Of a DNA stretch of 64,000 nt, positions 18,861 to 28,013 are shown piece after piece. Position numbers and translations under genes: made by a program. Location: assembly GCA_964641955.1 (NCBI GenBank), contig CAZXNM010000003.1, positions 197,813 through 261,812 on the forward strand, read 5' to 3'. Source of the stretch: an uncultured Planctomycetota bacterium. GTDB lineage: Bacteria > Planctomycetota > SKW154 > DAOVDS01. A model generated the notes under the pieces. That model saw nothing but the letters and a program-made list of their open reading frames with translations, ran no database searches and was not told where the DNA came from. The stretch's first letter is position 1, and the number at the start of each line of letters is the position of its first letter.

Positions 18861-20072
18861 CTAATCGCTCTGCGCGGTCGGCTCCGTTTCTTCCTGCGCT
18901 ACCGGTCCTTCCGAGGTTGTGATATCCTCGTATATCGGCGAGGGCAGGGGCGGCTCCTTGCTTTGGGCAGGTGCCGGCGCGGGTTCTTCCTGTGCGACAG
19001 TCATGAACCCTTCGCCCGCGGCAAGCTCTATCATCTGCTTTATCTGCTGGATTTCCTTGTCAATGTCGGCGAGTGTGGGAGATGGTGGAGGCTCTGGTGA
19101 GGAGATAGCTGCTGGCTCTTCCTCCATATCCGCCTCCTGCTCGAAATCGGAAGCCTCGACGCTTTCGAGTCCGGCTTCTGCAAGCCCTTCCGGCGCGGTG
19201 GCGGTCTTGCTGCGCTCCTGCTGGATAAGCTCGCGCAGCTTCGCTTCGGCGCGCCTCGCCTCGTCTTCGAAGCCGGGCGGCGGCCAGACCATGGGTTCCG
19301 TCTCGGCCTCTACGCCCGCGACCTCGCGCGCCAATTCCATGTAGTCTTTCGCACCGCTTGAACCGGGATCGTACTCGATTATCGTCTTGCCGTGGCCCGG
19401 CGCTTCCGCAATGCGCACGTTGCTGCGAATCGTGCTGGCGAAGACCTTTTCCTTGAAATATTTCCTGACTTCCTCGACGACCTCGTGCGCAAGGTTGGTG
19501 CGCCTGTCGAACATGGTGAGGATAATGCCGCTGAGGTCGAGATTCGGGTTAAGGCGGCGCTTTACGAGCTTCACCACGTCCAGCAGCTTGCCCATGCCCT
19601 GCAGCGCGAAAAACTGCGTCTGCACCGGGATGAAGACCTCGCTAGCGGTAGTCAGCGCATTCAGCGACAGCAGGCCCAGCGACGGCGGGCAATCGATGAG
19701 AACGTAGTCGTAGTGTCCGCCCTCGCGGACGTGTTCGAGCAATGCGTCGCGCAGGATTGTCTCGCGGCCGACCGCGCTTGCAAGCTCGACCTCCGCACCG
19801 GAAAGGTCTATGTTCGAGGGGATTATGTCGAAGTTCTTGCGTTTGGTCGGTCTTACCGCCTTCGAGACCGGCATCTCGCCGAGGAGGACGTTGTATATAC
19901 TTTGCTTTGTCTTGTAGATGTCGATGCCGAGGTGGATGCTCGAGTTTGCCTGCGGGTCGATGTCTATGAGCAGGACTTTGCGGCCGAGCTTTGCGAGGCA
20001 GGCTCCGAGGTTTACGGCGGTGGTGGTTTTCCCCACGCCGCCCTTCTGGTTCATGAATGCTATGATGCGCAT
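18861..20072 (-). CDS. ParA/Soj-family ATPase with a roughly 150-aa acidic, Pro/Glu-rich C-terminal extension
   Basis: Deviant Walker A MNQKGGVGKTTTAVNLG, IDIDPQAN and DCPPSL motifs. ATG at 20072 (MRIIAF...) preferred over the longer ORF. No adjacent parB. Confidence 0.85.
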   Translation of the reverse strand: MRIIAFMNQKGGVGKTTTAVNLGACLAKLGRKVLLIDIDPQANSSIHLGIDIYKTKQSIYNVLLGEMPVSKAVRPTKRKNFDIIPSNIDLSGAEVELASAVGRETILRDALLEHVREGGHYDYVLIDCPPSLGLLSLNALTTASEVFIPVQTQFFALQGMGKLLDVVKLVKRRLNPNLDLSGIILTMFDRRTNLAHEVVEEVRKYFKEKVFASTIRSNVRIAEAPGHGKTIIEYDPGSSGAKDYMELAREVAGVEAETEPMVWPPPGFEDEARRAEAKLRELIQQERSKTATAPEGLAEAGLESVEASDFEQEADMEEEPAAISSPEPPPSPTLADIDKEIQQIKQMIELAAGEGFMTVAQEEPAPAPAQSKEPPLPSPIYEDITTSEGPVAQEETEPTAQSD

Positions 20073-20230
20073 ACATCCCCTCCCAGCGCATGGTCTGCTG
20101 CGATTCATTATATTTTGTACAGCTCAGTCACGCAAGGCTATTCCTGTTAGACAATCTGGTGCGCAGAGGAATATTAGTGTATAATCATGAAATTACTTAC
20201 TGGAACAGGATGTGAAACGGAGGTTGTGCA

Positions 20231-20944
20231 ATGCGTAAAACTTGGATTCTGCTGGTTGTAGGCATTTTTGCAGCGGGGTTTGTCTGGATGCAGTGCGGGT
20301 TCTCGCAGGACGAGCCGCAAAATGAGCCCAAGGGCAAGACTGTCAAGCTTCCCAAGCCCAAAGAGAAGGGCGAGATGTCGGTCGAGGAAGCCATCAAGAA
20401 GCGCCGTTGCGTGCGAAGCTACAAGGACAAGGCGATGAGCCTCGAGCAGCTCTCGCAAATCCTCTGGGCTGCAAACGGCGTTACAGGCAAGAAGAGCTAC
20501 TACAGGGCCGCGCCGTCGGCCGGCGGGCTGCACCCGCTCGATTTCTACGCTGTGGTGGGCAAGGGCACTGTGACCGGCCTCGATGAAGGGGTATGGCACT
20601 ATAACCCTGTCAAGCATACCCTGAGACGCATTGTAGAGGGCGACAAGCGGGAAGCGCTCAAGAACGCTGCGCTGGGCCAGAAGCAGATAGGCACGGCCCG
20701 GGTCGATATCATGGTTACAATCGAGTTCGAGAGGACCACAAAGAAGTACGGCGAGCGCGGCAAGCAGCGCTACGCATATATGGACTGCGGGTTCGCGTGC
20801 GAGAACGTGTTCCTGCAGGTGCAGTCGCTCGGGCTGTCCATGTGCGTCGTGGGCGCGTTTCACGATGACAAGGTCGCCGCGGCCCTGAGCCTGCCCGAGA
20901 AGCACGAACCAGCCCTGCTGCTCACAATCGGGTATCCGGAATAG
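20231..20944 (+). CDS. secreted nitroreductase-family protein (SagB-type dehydrogenase-like)
   Basis: Signal/anchor peptide, then RRCVRSY...LSQILWAANGVTG and GGLHPLDFY..., typical of the nitroreductase/SagB fold. A TATAAT box lies at 20180-20185. Confidence 0.65.
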   Translation: MRKTWILLVVGIFAAGFVWMQCGFSQDEPQNEPKGKTVKLPKPKEKGEMSVEEAIKKRRCVRSYKDKAMSLEQLSQILWAANGVTGKKSYYRAAPSAGGLHPLDFYAVVGKGTVTGLDEGVWHYNPVKHTLRRIVEGDKREALKNAALGQKQIGTARVDIMVTIEFERTTKKYGERGKQRYAYMDCGFACENVFLQVQSLGLSMCVVGAFHDDKVAAALSLPEKHEPALLLTIGYPE

Positions 20945-20953
20945 AATTGCCTG

Positions 20954-23104
20954 TCAGTTGACCGGGGCCTGGTCTTTGTACTGTAGCTGGTAGAGCTTGT
21001 AGTAGAGTCCATGCCTGGCGAGCAGCTCCTGGTGCGTGCCTTCCTCGACAATCCTGCCGTGGTTGAGGACCAGTATGCGGTCCACGTTGCGCACGGTCGA
21101 GAGCCTGTGCGCTATGACAATCGAGGTGCGGTCCTTCATGAGGTTGTCGATTGCCTGCTGTATAAGCACCTCGGTCTCGGTGTCGATGTTCGCGGTAGCC
21201 TCGTCGAGGACGAATATCCTCGGGTTGAACGCCACGGCGCGTGCGAAGGAGAGCAGCTGGCGCTCGCCCTGCGAGAGCGTCGCGCCGCGCTCGTGAAGCT
21301 CGTGGTCGAAGTCGCCGGGCAGTCGGCTAATAAAGGAGTCGGCCCTGGCGTAGCGCGCGGCGGAATTAACCGCATCGTCCGTGATAGAGAAGTCGTTGAG
21401 GCGAATGTTGGACTTGATGTCACCGGAGAAGATGAAAACGTCCTGCATGACGACGGCAATCTGGGAGCGCAAGTCGTTCTTGAGCGCGTCCCTGACATCC
21501 ACGCCATCGACGAGAATCTGGCCGTCGCGAATGTCATAGAATCGGCTCAGAAGGCTGATTATCGAGGACTTGCCTGCGCCCGTAGGACCCACAAGCGCGA
21601 CTTTCTCGCCCGGTTTGACCTTGAAGGACACGTTTTTCAAGACGTCCTCGTCCTTGTAGGCAAATGACACGTTCCTGAATTCAATCTCGCCGCGTATTTC
21701 GGGCAGCGGCTTGGGTTCCGACGGGTCGGGAATGCGCTCCTCCTTGTCGAGAAGCTGGAAGACGCGCTCGCTGGAAGCCATTGCCTGCTGGAGCTGGTTG
21801 TACTTCTGGCTGAGTTCGTTTATCGGCTGGAAGAACATCCTGACGTAGAAGAAGAAGGCCACAAGGTCGCCCAGATTGAGCCTGCCCTGTATGACCTCGC
21901 CTCCGCCGTACCATACGAGAAGAGCGACCGCGAGGGTCTGGAACGCACTTATCACGGGCCGGAAGATAGCGAAGATGGTTATCTGGCGGCGGTTGGCCAG
22001 GTAGGTCTCGTGGTTAATCTTCTGGAAGTGGTCGTAGGAAGCCTTCTCGCGGTGAAAGAGCTGCACGACGCTCATGCCCGAGATGTGCTCGGCGATTGTC
22101 GCGTTTATGCGGGCGATTTTCACTCGGACTTCGCGGAACGCCTCGCGGACCTTCCTGCGGAAGTAGAACGTGACCCATACAAGCAGCGGAAGTATGCAGA
22201 ATGTGACCAGTGCAAGTTCCCAGTTCAGCCAGAGAAGCATTGCCACGATGCCTATGAGCAGGAATATGTCCCTGAAGAGATTTATCATTATGTTGGTGAA
22301 CGCTTCGTTGAGAACCTCGATATCGTTTGTGACGCGGGTTACGAGCCTGCCCACCGGGTTGGAATCGAAGAACTTGAGCGAGAGCCGTTCGAGGTGATTG
22401 AAAAGCCCCGTGCGAATATCCATTATGATGCGCTGGCCTATGTACTGGGAAAGGTGCCTTTCGAGCATGGTAAGAACGAAGCTCGCACCCAGCAGGCTCA
22501 GAAAAATCAGGACGAGAATCCTGACGCCGCTGATATCATCCACACGCAGGAGGCGGAGTTCCTCTCTGGTAAGCATGGACTTCTCGTATGCGTCCTCATA
22601 CAGGAGGTAGTGGAAACCTTGTCCCTGCTCGAATACAGTCGGCTTGGATTGAACGAGTGCCGCCACGTCGGCTCTCGCCGGTTCGGGGTAGTCCTCGATT
22701 CTCACTACCAGATAGGGCTTTCCTATCACTTTCTCGTGTGAGAGCCTGACCGTCAGGGCGGGGTCCAGCTTCTTGAAATCCCTGTTCGAAATGAGCCTCT
22801 GATTCCCGGTGGTAACGAGCAGCCTGTCTTCCAGCTTGCCAAGAAGTTCAACTGTCTGCGCGCTGGCCTGAGACAGGTTAATCGATTTGTAGGTGGTGAC
22901 GATGTAAGTGTCCACTGCCGTGCGATAAACCATTGGCAGGGCGAGCGTTACGCCTGTCAGGAGCAGAATCAGTATCACGCTGCCAAGAACGAGAAACCGG
23001 TAGGGCCTGACGTACTTGAGCAGCCTCTTGACCAGCGGAAGGTCAATAGCCTTTCCCAGTACTTCCTCGTCATGGAATGAATGGCCGTGGCCGTGCCCGT
23101 TCAC
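20954..23104 (-). CDS. ABC transporter ATP-binding/permease protein (type I exporter half-transporter) with an enlarged first extracytoplasmic loop
   Basis: Six-TM domain plus NBD (GPTGAGKSS, LSQGERQLLSFARA, VLDEATA). About 130 extra residues between TM1 and TM2. His-rich N-terminus. Confidence 0.85.
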   Translation of the reverse strand: MNGHGHGHSFHDEEVLGKAIDLPLVKRLLKYVRPYRFLVLGSVILILLLTGVTLALPMVYRTAVDTYIVTTYKSINLSQASAQTVELLGKLEDRLLVTTGNQRLISNRDFKKLDPALTVRLSHEKVIGKPYLVVRIEDYPEPARADVAALVQSKPTVFEQGQGFHYLLYEDAYEKSMLTREELRLLRVDDISGVRILVLIFLSLLGASFVLTMLERHLSQYIGQRIIMDIRTGLFNHLERLSLKFFDSNPVGRLVTRVTNDIEVLNEAFTNIMINLFRDIFLLIGIVAMLLWLNWELALVTFCILPLLVWVTFYFRRKVREAFREVRVKIARINATIAEHISGMSVVQLFHREKASYDHFQKINHETYLANRRQITIFAIFRPVISAFQTLAVALLVWYGGGEVIQGRLNLGDLVAFFFYVRMFFQPINELSQKYNQLQQAMASSERVFQLLDKEERIPDPSEPKPLPEIRGEIEFRNVSFAYKDEDVLKNVSFKVKPGEKVALVGPTGAGKSSIISLLSRFYDIRDGQILVDGVDVRDALKNDLRSQIAVVMQDVFIFSGDIKSNIRLNDFSITDDAVNSAARYARADSFISRLPGDFDHELHERGATLSQGERQLLSFARAVAFNPRIFVLDEATANIDTETEVLIQQAIDNLMKDRTSIVIAHRLSTVRNVDRILVLNHGRIVEEGTHQELLARHGLYYKLYQLQYKDQAPVN

Positions 23105-24894
23105 GAATCCAGCTCCTCCTGCGACGCGCGTTCGATTTCTTCCTCGAGCTGCTGTTTCTGGTGCATATCGGCGTAGATTCCGCCGAGAGCGAGCAGCTCC
23201 GAGTGCGTACCTTCTTCGACGATTCTGCCTTCGTCAAGGACGACTATATAGTCGGCGTTCTGGATGCTGGAGATTCTGTGACTGATTATTACTGCCGTGC
23301 GATTGGCGAGCACGTTCTTCATGCCTTTGAGAATCTCTTCTTCCGTATTGGTGTCAACGGCGGAGAGACAGTCATCGAGAACAAGAACCGCCGGGTCGGC
23401 TGCAATTGCGCGGGCGATTGCCACTCGCTGCTTCTCGCCGCCGGAGAGCATAACGCCGCGCTCGCCAACGATGGTCTCGTACTCCTGGGGGAATGTCATG
23501 ACCTGGTCGTGTATCTGGGCAATACGAGCGGCATTGCAGACTCCGTCGAAGTCCATCTCGGAGTCCGAGAAGGCTATGTTTTCCCTGACCGAGCTTGCGA
23601 AGAGGAAAGTGGTCTGAGGCACGGCTGCGACCTGGGTACGCAGGCTGCCCAGCTTGATCTGTCTGATATCTTTATCGTCAATGAGGACCTGGCCGGGTTC
23701 GGGCTCGAGCATCCTGCTTACGAAAGACGCCAGCGTGCTTTTTCCCGAGCCGATCCTGCCCACGATGGCGAGGGTTGTGCCGGGTTCCACGGCGAGGTTG
23801 ATTCCAGTAAGCGACGGGCGGTCGCTGCCGGGATAGGTGTAGGTAAGATTGCAGAATTCTATCCGACCTTTGATGTCAGGCAATTCGACGGCATCAGGAG
23901 AATCCGAAATTTCCGGCTCCGTGTCGAGTATCTTCTTTATGCGGCCCATCGAGACTTCGGCGCGCTGCAGGAAGGGAATCACCATTCCCACTGCGATCAT
24001 GGGCCATGTAAGATTCAGAAGATACAGCCAGAACTCGAGGAATTTGCCTATTGAAATGTCCCCGAGGATAGTGCCGGCGCCGCCGAGCAGCAGAGTCAGG
24101 GCAATGGCGCTGCTGGCGAATACCATGAGCAGCGGCTCGAAGACACGCCTTACCCTGATAAGAGACATGTTTCTCTCGAAGTAGTCCCGGTTGGCATCAT
24201 GGAACTTTTCTATCTCCGCGTCTTCCTGGACGTATGCTTTGACCACGCGGATTCCTGAGAAATTTTCCTGGGTCTTTTCGCTGAGCTTGGCGAAGGACTC
24301 TTGTACCTGCCTGAACCGGGTCTTGAGGGCCTTGTCGAACCTGGCCACGACGAGCGATATTACGAGCATAGGCAGCAGTGCGTAAAGCGTCAGTTGGATA
24401 TTTATGAAAAGCATTAGCGTCAGTGTCGCAATGCCGACGAACAGCATGTCGATTACGATTATGGCGCCGAAGCCGCACGCTTCGCGGACCGCGCGCAGGT
24501 CGTTGGTGGCATGCGCCATGAGGTCGCCGGTTTTCGCCTTGCTGTAGTAATTCGGAGTGAGCTTCTGAAGGTGGCCGAAGAGCCGGTTGCGCAGCTTCTC
24601 TTCGATTCGGAAGGCGGCGACTACAATGCCTATTCGCCAGCCGAATCGGGCTACGGCGACGCCTGCGGCAATGAGAAGTATCAGGCCGGCGTAGACGAGC
24701 AGGCGCGATGGCGCGCTTGTGCCGAGGGCGAGTTCGTCGGTGGCTCTTCCGATAATCTTGGGGATGATAAGCTGCAGGCCGTCGCAGATTACGAGCGCGA
24801 TGGCGCCGAAGATATAGCGCCATTTGTGTTCGAAGAAATAGTTCTTGAGTGTACGCAGATTCTTGAACAAGCCCTCACCCCGGTCGCGGTTCAA
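23101..24894 (-). CDS. ABC transporter ATP-binding/permease protein (exporter half-transporter; probable heterodimer partner)
   Basis: TMD plus NBD (GRIGSGKST, LSGGEKQRVAIARA, VLDDCLSAVD). Overlaps the downstream partner gene by 4 nt. Confidence 0.9.
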   Translation of the reverse strand: MNRDRGEGLFKNLRTLKNYFFEHKWRYIFGAIALVICDGLQLIIPKIIGRATDELALGTSAPSRLLVYAGLILLIAAGVAVARFGWRIGIVVAAFRIEEKLRNRLFGHLQKLTPNYYSKAKTGDLMAHATNDLRAVREACGFGAIIVIDMLFVGIATLTLMLFINIQLTLYALLPMLVISLVVARFDKALKTRFRQVQESFAKLSEKTQENFSGIRVVKAYVQEDAEIEKFHDANRDYFERNMSLIRVRRVFEPLLMVFASSAIALTLLLGGAGTILGDISIGKFLEFWLYLLNLTWPMIAVGMVIPFLQRAEVSMGRIKKILDTEPEISDSPDAVELPDIKGRIEFCNLTYTYPGSDRPSLTGINLAVEPGTTLAIVGRIGSGKSTLASFVSRMLEPEPGQVLIDDKDIRQIKLGSLRTQVAAVPQTTFLFASSVRENIAFSDSEMDFDGVCNAARIAQIHDQVMTFPQEYETIVGERGVMLSGGEKQRVAIARAIAADPAVLVLDDCLSAVDTNTEEEILKGMKNVLANRTAVIISHRISSIQNADYIVVLDEGRIVEEGTHSELLALGGIYADMHQKQQLEEEIERASQEELDS

Positions 24895-25077
24895 AGCACC
24901 GAATATAGCCCGCCGCGTTCACATGTCAAGACATGCAAACGCAATACTGCCAAGAAAGTTGAAACACCCGGGCCGGAGTGTTGTTCGGGGTATTCCGGAT
25001 TTGGTTTTGTTTTGACAGAAAGGCGCCCTTGCGGTTAAACTCGCCCTGTCCTTCATCCGGCGCGTAAGAGGTTTTTC

Positions 25078-26637
25078 GTGAGGTTTCTCAAGGCACCCGT
25101 CGTTTTCGCACTTGTTATCCTGTCCCTGTTTGCGGGCTGCACGGGGTCAACGCCAAACTACAAGTTCAAGGTAGAAAAGAACATCTCCCACGTCTATATA
25201 AACAACGATGGGTCCATAGACATCGAATATCACATAACCTTCGAGAACCTGGGCGACCCGATAGACGTGGTTGACATAGGCCTGCCCCACGACGGCTACC
25301 GGCTCGACACGGCGCGGGCGGATGTTAATTCGTTCCCCCTGACGGACATAGACCGTTCGAGCTACATAGCGGTCGGCGTGGAGGTGCAGCTCGGTGAGCA
25401 CGCCATACCGAGGAGTCAGAGCGGCACGCTGAACTTCAGAATCAACAATCCGAAGATGGTCTTTCCCGACACCGAGGATGCGACGTATGCCAGCGTTCAG
25501 TTCTCGCCGACGTGGTTCTATCCCCCGTTCGTCGTCGGGACCACCCGCGTCGAGGTCCACGTCCACTTTCCCCCGGGCGTGAGCGGGAGCGAGACGAAGT
25601 ACCACGCCGTTGCGCCCACGTCCGATACCTATGCCGGCGACAGGCTGATTTTCACGTGGGTGAAAGAAGCCGCCCGCCAGGAAAAAATGATGGTGGGCGT
25701 GTCGTTCCCGAGGAAGTACGTTGACAAGGTATTCGACCCGTCCGAAGTGACCTTTGTCGAATCCATGGAGCCCACGGAGCCTTTCAACTGGGGTGCGCTT
25801 GCAGCCTGGCTGCCTTACATAGTGATTGCGTTCATAGTGATTCTGGGAGCAGTGGGAGGCGCTTTCGCGAACCGCACCAAACGGATGCACTACCTGCCGC
25901 CCGAGACCAGGATAGAAGGGCTCGGACCGTGTAGGAGCCTCGACCCGATAGAGGCGGCCATCGTGCTTGAACTGCCGCTTTCGAGAATCGTGGCGCTGGC
26001 CATGATGCAGCTCATACAGAAGCAGTGCATCGAGGTTAAGCAGGTTCATCCTCTCAGGGTCAATATCCTTGACGAGAACAAGCCGGGGCTTAAGGCCTAC
26101 GAGGAGAGCATATTGAAGGCGCTTGACCCGGCAAAGTACGATGATGAGAAGACAAGGGAAAGGCGACTTCACAACGCCGTGACGAAACTGATAGAGAGCG
26201 TGAGGGACAAGCTTAAAAAAGGCTTTTCCCGGAAAGCGACCGCGGATTTCTACCGCGGGAAGATTGAGCACATGTGGGGCAGAATCGAGCGCGACCCGCA
26301 GCTCGAGCACCTTGCATGGATTGCGCTGAACGATGACTACGTTAAGGAAATTGAGGAAAGTCCGGCCAAGCAGGAGAAGCTCGAACCTTTCTGGCGCGAT
26401 GGATATTACGACTATTTCCCCTCGCGGTACAGGCGGCGCAACATGTACTACATCTTCGATGATTTCGAGGAAGAGATGGTGCCGGACAATACAGGATTCA
26501 CGCACGGCGTCAGCAAGGTCACCAATCCCACGGCGTGGATACAGTCTTCCGGCTGGTCCTCGGGCGGCGGAGGCGGAGGGTCCTGTGCATGTGCGTGCGC
26601 CGGCTGTGCCTGTGCCTGCGCCGGGGGGGGGAGATAG
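25078..26637 (+). CDS. lipoprotein/membrane protein with DUF2207-like architecture and a Gly6-Ser-(Cys-Ala)n C-terminal tail
   Basis: Lipobox LFAGC, extracytoplasmic N-domain, one TM (WLPYIVIAFIVILGAVGGAF), a roughly 250-aa cytoplasmic part ending ...SGWSSGGGGGGSCACACAGCACACAGGGR. GTG start. A TTGACA-N17-TTAAAC candidate promoter lies at 25012-25040. Confidence 0.6.
   Translation: MRFLKAPVVFALVILSLFAGCTGSTPNYKFKVEKNISHVYINNDGSIDIEYHITFENLGDPIDVVDIGLPHDGYRLDTARADVNSFPLTDIDRSSYIAVGVEVQLGEHAIPRSQSGTLNFRINNPKMVFPDTEDATYASVQFSPTWFYPPFVVGTTRVEVHVHFPPGVSGSETKYHAVAPTSDTYAGDRLIFTWVKEAARQEKMMVGVSFPRKYVDKVFDPSEVTFVESMEPTEPFNWGALAAWLPYIVIAFIVILGAVGGAFANRTKRMHYLPPETRIEGLGPCRSLDPIEAAIVLELPLSRIVALAMMQLIQKQCIEVKQVHPLRVNILDENKPGLKAYEESILKALDPAKYDDEKTRERRLHNAVTKLIESVRDKLKKGFSRKATADFYRGKIEHMWGRIERDPQLEHLAWIALNDDYVKEIEESPAKQEKLEPFWRDGYYDYFPSRYRRRNMYYIFDDFEEEMVPDNTGFTHGVSKVTNPTAWIQSSGWSSGGGGGGSCACACAGCACACAGGGR
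26584..26631 (+). repeat. hexanucleotide (TGYGCN)n coding microsatellite followed by a G9 homopolymer at the 3' end of the upstream gene
   Basis: tgtgca tgtgcg tgcgcc ggc tgtgcc tgtgcc tgcgcc at 26584-26622 encodes CACACAGCACACA. Nine consecutive G at 26623-26631, then aga tag. Confidence 0.9.
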
Positions 26638-26651
26638 GCACCGGAGGTAAA

Positions 26652-28001
26652 ATGTCCGTATTCGGTTTCCTGAAGAAAGTCAAACCTCTTGAGAAGGGAA
26701 TATACTCCGCCCGCATCGACGAGCCGGAGGGCAACTACAGGCTTCACCTGCGAATTGAAGAAGACGGAAGCGGGGTCCTGGTGATAAACGCTTCCAGGAT
26801 TCTCCACATGAACCAGACTGCGACGGAATACGCGAAGATGATTATCGACGGTCTCGATGTTGACGAGGCCGCTAAAAAAATGCGTTCGAGATACAGGGTC
26901 AGGTTGGACATCGCCAGAAGGGATTATCAGAAAATCAATGATACCATAAACGCACTCTCGCGCACGGACCTCGTCTGCCCCGTAAGCTATCTCGACGTCG
27001 AGATGATTGAGCCCGACTCCGTCGTCCCCTCCGCACCATATCGCATGGACATCGCGCTTACTTACGAATGCCAGAACAAGTGCGCCCACTGCTACGTCGA
27101 GGAGAAGGAAAGGGGCGAGCCGCTGAGCTTCGAGCAGTGGAAGCAGGCGCTGGACAGGCTGTGGGCGGCGGGGATTCCTCACGTATGCTTCACGGGCGGG
27201 GAGCCGACGCTGCACGAGAACCTGGAAGGGCTGATTGAATACGCCGAGGACATCGGCATCGTGACGGGGCTTATAACGAACGGCAGGAAGCTGGCGGACG
27301 AGGCGTACACGCGCAGGCTGATTGACGCCGGGCTGGACCACGTGCAGATAACACTCGAGAGCCACGATGAGAAGGTGCATGACGAGATGGTCGGCAGTCC
27401 AGGCGCGTGGAAGGAGACTGTCGAAGGCGTGAAGAATGCCGTCAAGCTGCCGCTCTACACGATTACCAATACCACGCTTCTCAGAAACAACGTCGGTGAA
27501 ATCGAGAAGACCGTGGAATTCCTCGCTTCTCTCAACGTCGATGCATTCGCCTGCAACGGCCTTATTTACAGCGGAAAGGGCAGGGAGCACGAAGGCGGAA
27601 TCAGCGAGGAGGAGTTGCCCGGCATCCTCGAACGAGTCAAGGATGCGGCGTCGCTGAACGGGCTGAGATTCATCTGGTACACTCCAACGCGCTACTGCAC
27701 GTTCAACCCGGTGGACGCGGGCCTCGGCATTAAGCAGTGCAGCGCCGCAAAGCTGAACATGTGCATAGAGCCGGACGGCACGGTGCTGCCCTGCCAGTCA
27801 TATTTCGAGTCCGCGGGCAATATCCTGGCGGATTCGTTCGACTCGATATGGAACAGCGACACGAGCAGGACCCTGCGCAACCGCGAGTGGATTGACGATG
27901 AGTGCAGGCAGTGCGAGATGCTGAAGCTCTGCGGGGGCGGGTGCCCCCTGCGCCGGGAAGGCGAATCGTTCATCTGCCGCGATTCCAAGGCCTCCTCGTA
28001 G
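26652..28001 (+). CDS. radical SAM / SPASM-domain peptide-modifying enzyme with N-terminal PqqD-like RiPP recognition element (RRE)
   Basis: CxxxCxxC (CQNKCAHC) about 125 aa from the N-terminus. C-terminal SPASM pattern C(x2)C(x5)C(x3)C (CRQCEMLKLCGGGC). The N-terminal 110 aa (DGSGVLVINASRILHMNQTATEYAKMIIDGLDVDEAAKKM) matches the PqqD/RRE pattern. GGAGG RBS 4 nt before the ATG. Confidence 0.85.
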   Translation: MSVFGFLKKVKPLEKGIYSARIDEPEGNYRLHLRIEEDGSGVLVINASRILHMNQTATEYAKMIIDGLDVDEAAKKMRSRYRVRLDIARRDYQKINDTINALSRTDLVCPVSYLDVEMIEPDSVVPSAPYRMDIALTYECQNKCAHCYVEEKERGEPLSFEQWKQALDRLWAAGIPHVCFTGGEPTLHENLEGLIEYAEDIGIVTGLITNGRKLADEAYTRRLIDAGLDHVQITLESHDEKVHDEMVGSPGAWKETVEGVKNAVKLPLYTITNTTLLRNNVGEIEKTVEFLASLNVDAFACNGLIYSGKGREHEGGISEEELPGILERVKDAASLNGLRFIWYTPTRYCTFNPVDAGLGIKQCSAAKLNMCIEPDGTVLPCQSYFESAGNILADSFDSIWNSDTSRTLRNREWIDDECRQCEMLKLCGGGCPLRREGESFICRDSKASS

Positions 28002-28013
28002 GAAACGTATGGA

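Noticed and set aside
26535-26651. N-terminal extension of the rSAM ORF (MDTVFRLVLGRRRRRVLCMCV...)
   Set aside because: Arg/Cys-rich stretch produced by reading the Cys-Ala repeat in another frame. The true start is the ATG at 26652 behind a GGAGG RBS. This frame is relevant only as the frame reached by a +1 G slip (see findings).
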